In this document: positions 52,346-62,500 of the stretch, in pieces
Position numbering within the stretch: position 1 is the stretch's first letter
Layout of the letters: every line of letters starts with the position of its first letter
Origin: a virus
Length of the DNA: 64,000 bases
IMG/VR virus record: IMGVR_UViG_3300021197_000868
Coordinates: 1 to 64,000 of that record
Strand: one strand, 5' to 3'
Notes under the pieces: generated by a model
Database searches by the model: none
The model's input: the letters and a program-made list of their open reading frames with translations, nothing else
What the model was told of the DNA's origin: nothing
Made by a program: the position numbers and the translations under genes

Positions 52346-53575
52346 ATGGGTGATGGATATGGCTCTCCGATTAGGTTGCACTTTGAAGACCCTGAAAGAA
52401 TGGCGGAAGCCGGTTACGAAGATGGTATGGAATTACAGGCTTTGAGTATAGCCCTGTCTGTAGAAAGAAAGGTAGGTGGTATGAGTCTACCTTATTTTGG
52501 AGGTCAACGTCTAGGGATAGATATGAATCGCTCTAACTCTACTATCATCATTGAAGGGATTTTTACAGATGATGGCTTAGGTAGAAGAGGAATATCTGCT
52601 AAGTCTGCATCAGCAGTAATAGATTTTGGGTTCAGGATGCAAGATGCTAGAGTAGTAGGTACTATTCCAAATATATCCCAAGGACACTTAAGTGCTTTAG
52701 CAAATGGCGATGGTAACGCTTCAGCCCAACACGGATTTTTGAAATTAAAAGGACAAGATGGGACTACACACACTATATCATTTCAAAGAGATACCGGGGG
52801 TTCAGTAGGGTACGTAAGTGCTCAAACTGTTAGAGTTAAAAATCTCACTGGCGCTGGCACATACATTACCCCTGCTCAATTGGCTACTGCTGTAGCGAGT
52901 GCTATAGCGGCTATCAGTGGTAGCCCCTTTACAACTTCTGTATCTGCTTCAGATGCTCCTAATGGTGGAGATGCTAAACTTACAATTACGCAAAGCACTT
53001 CCGGCTCTATGATAGCGGAGTCTTCTGTTAAGTTTGAAAACAATGGTAATATAGAACCTTATAATGAACTTTTCAAAGGTGGTAGAAATGCTTCTAATAC
53101 TGGAGGTAAGTCTGCCGGTGACAAAGTGCAGGACTTGTATGGTATACTTCACAATACAGGTAGAGGCGGCGTTGCGTCAGGTATTATGAGGGGTGTTGTT
53201 GGTGCAGTTTCTAACACTTTAGCAGTCATAGCAACTGCGGGGGCTGCATTAGAGCAAGGTATGTTAAGTTCAGCGTTAAGGGAGGATATTTTAGGTGATT
53301 ATCCTATAGGTATTCAGATTCCATATAACTCTATGATAACAGCACCCGATGGTAATAAATACGCTGCTAGAAACTTCTTAGTTCCTACTGGAACTGTGGG
53401 TATTAATGATAAGATGTCACACACTAACGATAATGCGGCTGGTGTAGATTTTAAAGAGTCTGATAAAACAACTGGAATTAAGGGCGCTGTGCAAAAGTTT
53501 GATGTTTCTTACAGTGCTGCTGAAGAGCACTACACTTATCAGATGGTCTTTGTACCAATAGACTTCCTAGGTTGA
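52346..53575 (+). CDS. Distal tail/baseplate hub protein with an insertion
   Basis: Follows TMP; C-terminal GAVQKFDVSY...YTYQMVF. Confidence 0.6.
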   Translation: MGDGYGSPIRLHFEDPERMAEAGYEDGMELQALSIALSVERKVGGMSLPYFGGQRLGIDMNRSNSTIIIEGIFTDDGLGRRGISAKSASAVIDFGFRMQDARVVGTIPNISQGHLSALANGDGNASAQHGFLKLKGQDGTTHTISFQRDTGGSVGYVSAQTVRVKNLTGAGTYITPAQLATAVASAIAAISGSPFTTSVSASDAPNGGDAKLTITQSTSGSMIAESSVKFENNGNIEPYNELFKGGRNASNTGGKSAGDKVQDLYGILHNTGRGGVASGIMRGVVGAVSNTLAVIATAGAALEQGMLSSALREDILGDYPIGIQIPYNSMITAPDGNKYAARNFLVPTGTVGINDKMSHTNDNAAGVDFKESDKTTGIKGAVQKFDVSYSAAEEHYTYQMVFVPIDFLG

Positions 53576-53584
53576 GGTGAAATA

Positions 53585-56500
53585 ATGCCAATAATGTTAC
53601 AATCCAACCACGCACTTTTCTTTGATGGTGTAAGCGACGGTGTCATTATCCCTCAAGGTGTATTTAGTAAACTAGGTAGAGATAACTCAGATGGTGAAAG
53701 AAACGCCTCTGACATAATAAGTGAATCTTCTCAAGGCGCTAGAGTAAACAGCGTAATTAGTGACGCATTAGGTAAAGAAATAGCAATAGAAGCATGGGTT
53801 ACTCCTGACTGCGGTGGTGTGATACTTCAGAAGTCATCTCAATTTTGTTTGAAACTAGGTAATGTAGATACACCCGGACCGGCATCTTTTGAGGTTAATC
53901 TTCAAACTGATAATGGTTTTAGAAAAGTCATAATTTCCACAGCAAGAGAAATCTCAAACGGTTATAATGGTACTGTATATCCTAGTACAACTAACAATGG
54001 GTTTGAAGACTCTTTCAACCGCTTCGTAGGCTCTAAGGATGATGCTACTAATCTAAATATCAACCAAAGACCACTAATTCATATTGTTGCTAGTATGAGT
54101 AAAGGTGTAGTTAGTCTTCACATCAATGGTGAGTTAATGGCTGAAGAGACAGTAGGTAGATGCTTTTTACCTGAGTCTGATGACCACGTCTACATAGGTG
54201 GAACAGGCGGTGAGTTTCGTGGAGTTATTGAGAGCGTTCACATAAGTTCTGTATTTTCAAATGAAATGACAACTCGTAACGCAGCCTTAGTTAACAACAA
54301 TACTCTAGCGTTGTTTAGATTTGAAGAGCCAATAGAGCCAATAGAAGGAATATACGACATCTCTTCTATCTCTTCTGCTAGTAATTTATCAGCGATAAAT
54401 GTTAGTACAAGTGATGCTGCTTTATTAGCGTCTAAACTAACTGGTAAAACTATAACCAGTGGTACAATAGATTTTACAGCCACTCCTTACTCTTCAGGTA
54501 ACTACAGTGTAGTTGATTACAAAACTGTACCCGGTACAAAAAACATCCGTGCTATACCTCATGTCCCATACAATCTTCTAATCAATCCCGGCTCTATAAA
54601 TCGTGACACTCAAAAGCCAAATCAATCTCCACCTGAGCGTGTACGTTTACACAATATAAATGTCAGCACTGGGGCTATACTAGTAAGTAGTATTCACTTA
54701 GATTTTGACGGCTCTACTAATGGAGACGGGCTTAGACCAGTATTACATTCTCGTAGTAGTGGTACTGGTGATGATTACTTTGTAGTGGTTAGCGCCGACC
54801 TTTTACTAGACAATGGGTCAGGTAAGCCATATCAACCACCTCACTTAGCATCTCAACTTATTGATAGAACAGGTCAAATGGTGCTTGACGAAGGTCACTT
54901 TGAGCAACACGGTATTGTTTTCTCTAGTAGAATGGCTACGACTACTAACGATACCAATAACCCCTTTGCTGTTACATGGCCTACTACATTAGACGAATCA
55001 TTTCAGATAGGACACTCAGGTAGACACATACTCAATCATGTTACAGGTCATCATTATCTCAGGAATATGCCGAGAGCGAGTGAAGAAAACTTAGACCAGC
55101 AATTTGGAAATGCTGATATTGTTGAGTTGATATATGACGGAGCGGCGCAGGGTATAGAGAAGCAGTTTCCTATCAATAGTAAAATAGATTATTATCGAGA
55201 TATTGCTCAAAGTAGAATAGTAGATATTACTTCATCTAGCACTGTCTCAGATTCGGTAGACAATGGATTAGCAGACCCTTCTAGGAAATTGATAGCAATC
55301 GGTGGTGAAAGTTTTAACCCAATGCCATTCGCTTTGAAAGGCCCCTTACCACTAAGTATAGATGATGCAGATGATAACATACGTAAACATCATCTTAGAC
55401 CATCTAAGACTAGTAGAGTTGCTATTTTAGAAGTTGATTTATCATCATACAATTTAGCATCATATGTTGAAATACATTACAATGCGATTGATTTTACTGG
55501 TGTCAGCATGGGTAAAACCACACCAATGTTAATGGTCGAAAAAACTGTTCCTGCCTCTAACCACTTACTTACAGGGACTACATACGTAATAGATGCCATT
55601 GAAGCATCTTTGGCTAGTGGTAAGACTCTACATGCACCGGGTGGTATCATTGAGATTTCTGCTCCTGTTCAAGGTGATTTAGCAACAGCGTCATTCACTC
55701 ATTCTTTGGTTGGGGATAACAGTGAAGGTTTTGAAAGTGACTCAGAACTAGATGAAAGATACACTCCTCAAAACTATACAACGATGACTACTGAACCAAG
55801 AAGACCTCCTCAAAATATAGCAGCATCACATACCTCTAAAGAAAGTCACGAATCTGTTTTCCATCATTTGATTATAGAGGCTAATAACGCAGGTAAGTTT
55901 AGCACATCACCAAGACCTTCAGCATCAACTAGTTCGGGTGCTGCTGGTGAGTTTGATATAGCGGTAGCAGCATCTGCTGGACCTGTACATGAAATGTTCG
56001 ACATAATAGACAATCACGCTACTACGACTCCGGGTGTACAACAACGCATTTACGTGCAACCATCTGACCGTAGTAGAACTGCTCAATTGAGACATGTAAA
56101 AGCAGTAGCAGATAACGGAAATGATTCTCACTTTGCTAGTATAATGTACTTAATGACTAGAGGAAAACTACGTAGCGTTATTGAAGAAGAAGGAGAAGAT
56201 GGCGCAGAGAGGTTTACTACGGTAAAATGTGTCGGTATAAATGCAGCAATTATCAACAGAAACGTAGACGAAATAGGTTCAGGGAGCCCTGATTCACACG
56301 TAGTCAAGGAGATAGACCCTAACGCCCCAGTAGTGACTGTCACACTAGGAGGAGTAGGGCAAGGAGCGTATGATACAAACCCATCATTCGACCCAAGCAC
56401 ACTATCGAGGTTGCCTTATAACACAAGGTTTGGATTTTCTTGTCACGCTGTATCTGTCCGTACAGACCGTGACACTACCGCCGCTGACCGTATTCAGTTC

Positions 56501-59500
56501 ATTGAAGTGCGTGCTCTAAACAACGGCGCTGATGATTTGAAATCATGGGGTACATATCCGTTCCCTAAGAAAGGGCGCTTATTTTTGAGAAGTGGGGCTA
56601 GTGCTGAGTATAGTAATAAGAACGGCGTGGCATTCTTCTTTGAAGATTCTGATGTTGGTAGTGGTAGATTCGTACTAAGTGACGGGTCAGAGGTCGCTAA
56701 TTTCTATGAGTGGGTTGGGAGTACAGGACTCAGTTCAACAGCAGGGGCCGTTAGTAGTAATAGTATAGTTAATGCTTCTATTGGTGAAGTAATACTCGGT
56801 GATGGTAATTTTTATGTAGAGAACGCTACTGCCGATGGCTCTACTGTTAACGATAGAATGTTTCAGTCAATGGACACCGTTACTCACGATTATCAGTTAG
56901 GTACTCAGTTCGCAAGTACACGTGCTCTAGTAGAAATACCTCTATTTAATCAGCAATTCTTCAAAGATATACCTAATGGGATATTACCGGGACCTGATAA
57001 CTCTTTGAAGTTACATCTTGACCCTACAATGACAGCACATACTTGGAATCCTTCACCTGTAGGAAGGCGCTATCAGGAAGTTTCACCCGGTGACCGTAGC
57101 GCACATTCCGCTTATGCTTATTCTCTATCACAGAATAATCATACTCGTAGTGCAAGTATTCAAGGAGAGGCACTTCTCGATACTAGTCCAACTCCTGATG
57201 TTTACAAACTCTATGTTAGTAATCCTGAGATATTCCCCGCTGCTGACATAGGTAGTTCAGGTAAGTCTTACTTCTACGTGGATGAAGTACAGCGACATCA
57301 AAGGGCATTCTTACCGAATGGTGAGTGGATTATTTACAATAATGACCCTTCTAGTGATGGTTTCATACAGTTTGAAGATGCTCTTTATGCTCATTCTGAG
57401 AAGTTCTTGGAGACACATGAGGCAGGTATGCAACTACTAGTAGGAGGAGGTTATCAAAGTGAAAGTTTAATTCCTCTAGTTGGTAGTTTCTTGAACCCGT
57501 CTTCTTCTATAGAAAGAAGAAGTGAATACTATCATGACTCTGCTAGTGTTAAAACTCAAGGTGGGAATGTAGACTATGGTCTACGTCAATATGTAAGTGC
57601 TGTTGAGTTTAAGGCGGGACCTACTACTAACCCCCATGCTGCTCGCATACAGTCGGGTAGAGCCCGAGGTCAAATCATAGGTGTAGAGCCTATTATGAAT
57701 GGGACCACTTTCACTGGTCTAGTAGTGTTAAGTCTATCAGACGAAGATATTGTTTCATTCCCTAACATTCAACCTAACATTGATAGTAATGGTAACATAG
57801 TTTACGAAACTGGAGATTATCATTATCTATTAGAAATAAAGTCACCTAATGGTGACACTAGAAGATTTATTTATTGGGGTGATGCTACTGCTACGTTTGC
57901 ACATTTAAGCAGCACGCCTACTAGTCCTAATGACTTTAGAAGTTCGATTATAGTTGAGGATATTTTCAACAAAGGTAGTACACTACCTGATTATTATAAT
58001 AAAACTCATGCTAGTTACATATTAGACCAAGAGGCTTTGTTAGTGAAAAGAGGTTTTATGTTTGGCTTTGACCATGATAAGGATAGTTCAGCACTAGAAA
58101 AAACACTCAATATCAGTGACACTTTCAGACCTCCTACTGCACGCCATCCTTGGACTATTAAAGCATCACCTACTGTCACTACTACTGCTTTGACTACTAC
58201 AAACACTACTAGTGAGCGATTACTACAAGCAGATACCAATAGCCTAAATGTTCAGAAAGATGACTATGTGTATGCTGAAATAGAAACCATATCAGGCTCT
58301 ACTATTGACAGCGTTAAGTTTCTAGGTAAAGTCACTGTTATTGCTGATGGTCATGCTCAAGGTACACCTTCGTCTGATACAGTCCTAACTTTAGATGGTA
58401 GTATGACTAGCGCAGTAGCGACTGCGGTGAACAGCGCTCTAGGAGATGCTGCTAAAAAGGTGTATCTTAGAGTTGGTTGTCATGACATCATGAGGAATGA
58501 TGATGAGGCTATCCTGAATAGAACATGGGTATTCCCGTATGCTCCCGGTGGCTTCCGTAAAGGAGACACTATATGGGCTAACATGACGTATAATAATCCT
58601 CACGCAGTAGAGGGATTATTTGCTAAGAGTCGTGGTGTGTTCAATGAAGCATTAGTTTGGAAGGGTTTCAATGGTGGATTAGGTACAATGCAAGATGAGG
58701 CTCGTGATAGTATTCCACTTGAGAACTTCTTGATTGGTAATACATGTAGAGAAACTGCTGAAAATTATCTCCAGCACGTAAACAAGACCATAGAAGAAAA
58801 TTACATAAATCTACTGGGAGATAATCCAAATGCTCCTATTGTTGCTTATCTCGACCCTACTTTGAAAGGTGATAATCATGCTCGTGTTTTGCTTTATGAT
58901 TGCGCTCATGACCGTGAGTTTATTGCATTCCAAGACTTACAGATGCAAGTTCAAACTAGCCCAAAGGTAGCAGAAATTGGCTTCCAAAGACATACTACTG
59001 GTTACAATCTTGCTACAGGTGGTGACCAAATTGATTTGGTTACTCACAACATAAAGTATAACGGTGGTAGTCAAAACGCCTTTATGACTCAAATTGATGT
59101 CGCTAATGGTTTCCCAAGTCAAAATAAGTATGTTAGACCCACTATGCGTTCAAGATTTATGGAGAGCGCTTACGCTCATGATATTGCTAATAATTATTCA
59201 GCATCGAGTATGCAGTCACCTGTTTCAGGAATAGTTACTTCTTTAGTTACCTTTTATCCAAACGGCGCTGGAGCAAACGGTAAAGAAGGAGGTACTGGTT
59301 ATTCACCAGCATCAGGTTTAGCGACCACTACTACTGGAAGTGGTTCAGGATTGACTGTTAATATCACATCGGCTGGAGGCGGCGGTACTAACCAAGGTAT
59401 TTTACAGATTCCTGTTATCAATGCCGCTGGAACAGGTTACGCTCATGATGATGTAATTACAGTTACTCAATCAGGAGCATCGGGTGGTAAGTATCGTGTG

Positions 59501-62500
59501 AGAATATCCCCCGCAGGGATTCCAACAAATCTCACCGCTTCTAACAGATTAACTCAATATGGAAAAGGACATGGTCACTTTGTACACACAGGTTATCATA
59601 CAGGTGGCTCATTTTCTGAAAGGGCTATAGGGGACAGTATTTTACCTAGAACTCAAGATGCAGTTGTATTACCTTATTGGGCTAATGAATTACATAAATA
59701 CAGTCGCAAAACGAGGTCTAGCCTAGATGACTTTGTTACTAAATTGACAATTCATCGTGAGGCGAAAACAGGAGCATCTATACGTGACCCTTCTACATTG
59801 TTTGATACTCCTGATGGTACAAGAGTCATTCCAGCATTCTTAGCCTTACGTGGTATACGCTCTAGTAGTCTCGACTTGTCAAACATGCGTGAGAATAGAC
59901 TTCAACATCTAAAGCATTGGACTGACATGGACTTCACTAGAAGGTTAACAATAGACTGTGGTCAAGTAGGAACACGTGACGGTGTTACTGACGTAGAGGC
60001 TGCTGCTCGTGAAGTTGTTAGAATTATTAACCAAGCAGGTGCTAAGAATGCTAGAACTAATAGCGTAAATGATGAAACAGGGTCTGCTCACGACCCCGCA
60101 GTTTGGTGGGATGTAGATAAGGCACTCGATACACAAGATAGTGGTAGCCACATGGGTTATCTTAGAGCACATTTAGGTAGGGTAGTGCAAGATATTAATG
60201 GTAATCAGGGTTATTCTATAATTATACATAGCACTGTACCGGGTGCTACTGGTCGTAATTTCTGCGTGTGGTTGGACAACGCTCGTGGTCAAAGTACATA
60301 TCAACCTGAGTTCCTTATTGGACATGGAGGGAGATTCAGAACATTTTGGTGTCAACCTGAAGAGATTAGTGGTGAAAACATGCACCCCGCTCCGATGCCG
60401 CTAAATAAGCACGGAAGACCATTTGCTCCTATTACAAGTTTACGTCAGTATACTTTACCCGATGAAACAGGAACACAGATAAAATCTTCTAATGACTTTG
60501 CTCAGCGTGGTGATGAAGAATCAGACCCTATAAACAGGGCCATTTCTATGACAACGGGCTCAGGTCAATCCCATAATACGGTTAACACTGAATCACTTGA
60601 AGTAGAAGGCTACGCTACTAGTTTTACAGAAGGGCTAAGAGTAGGCACACAAGCAGTTGCTAGAGTAAACTTAGGAGGATTAGTCGCTGCTGGTGTACCC
60701 GGTTTCGCTCCTGATGCTGGTACTTGGGGATTCGGGCGCAAGAGTGATAAAAGATTCACAAAAAAATACGGCGATATTGCTAAGACACAATCATCGGCTA
60801 CATTACCTACTAGATATAGTAACTACATACCATCTAATCAAGTGACTCACGACTCTATAGGTAACACACCTTTGTATGGATTTGAGTTTAAAGACCATTT
60901 AGGGAATAGACATGGTATTCGTATAGTGTACCGTTCAATAGATGAGGCATTTACTCTTGATGAGACTCAACTTCCTGACACCTTAGAAGATGAGATTATA
61001 ATTTACATAGATGACCGTGATGTAGGGCAGGGTGGATTCACAATAGGTCACCATATGCACGGATTAGGCGACGCTACTGGTCGATTTGACCCTAACCCCT
61101 CAAATGCTGATTTGATAGGTTGGCGTGGTAATAGGTGGAATGGCATTCCATCTGTTAACGCTGCTTATGATGTTGATGTTCACTATTCTAGTAATACTAT
61201 TAGAGTTCAAATGAGAGCACCTTACGACTCATGCCCTCATCCTGATGTTCTAGGTTATATGGGATTCCCATTGAAAAACGGGCTTATACAAATCTCTGAC
61301 CCGTTTAATCATGCTGACGCTAAGGGTACTTTCGGTCATGTGTATTCCTATACGCATCGTGACGTGGTATCAGGTATACACTATTTCTATGGAGTACAAG
61401 GAGATGATTTTAACGCATCACAAGGTCAGGCTGCTGGTGTTTCTACTGTAGTTACCACTCCAACTGATTTTGGTAATAGTGCTACTAGCGTTTACATTAG
61501 AGGTTTAATTTCATCTTGTTTGAACTGGACTACTCTACTGACTGATGAAGTTCTCGCTGCTGCTATCACAGCAACTATCAACTTGTCTAATCCAAACGTT
61601 CAGGAGGGTACACCATTTGACTGTAGAGAGTTCTTTGCCGCTGATGGTAGAACATTGGGCGAATGGGGGGTAGAGTCAGATGCTATACGTATTCGTGCAT
61701 TTAACACCAATAGAAATATACGGCCTATTTCTAATTTCTTTACAGCAAGTATTCATAGAGACATGTCTATTCAAGCAGCACATATCGAGCATGGTGACAT
61801 TGAGAAAGTAGAACATGATGGGACTTTAGGTAGTAGCAACCGCTCTGCTACTGACGCACAAATTGATGCTGGTTTAAGAGCGGAATGCGGCTACATACCA
61901 CATACAATTATTCAAATTATCAGTAAAGGTAGAGGTTCTAACGCAAACACTACTACTCCTATATTAGTAGATTCTAGTAACGAAGCAGTAAATACTGATA
62001 CTTGGAGTAAGAATCTTAACGGTGCTAGGTTTACTGCTTATTCCGGTGACCATATACTTCCTATGGTTAATAACCCAACTCTTGAGATTAATGAAATTAC
62101 TGCTACTGATGTAATCCTTGATAGCGGTAATGAACTATGGCACTTCGTGCGCCCTGCTGGTGCTGAAGGTGCTGCTGTTACAGATGGCGGTGGAGCCTCT
62201 ATAACTAAATTAGCCTCATTTGGTAGTAAATCATTATTTTCTTATAGACAAGATACAGCATTTGTTACTAGTGAAAATGGTGCAAACTCGCAGACTAAAT
62301 TGGATATTATTACTAAGAGTGATGATTTTGGTACAGTAGGGTCAGGAGCAGCAGATGTTGCTCAACGCTTTGCTGACCATAGATGCTTTACTACTGCGGG
62401 TGTTCGTGTGCTAGGTAGCCTACACTCAACACCGCAAGTATTCTTCCGTGGTGGTAGAGATAGTAGTGACCATTGGGTTCCACTATTCTTTGGTGGTGGT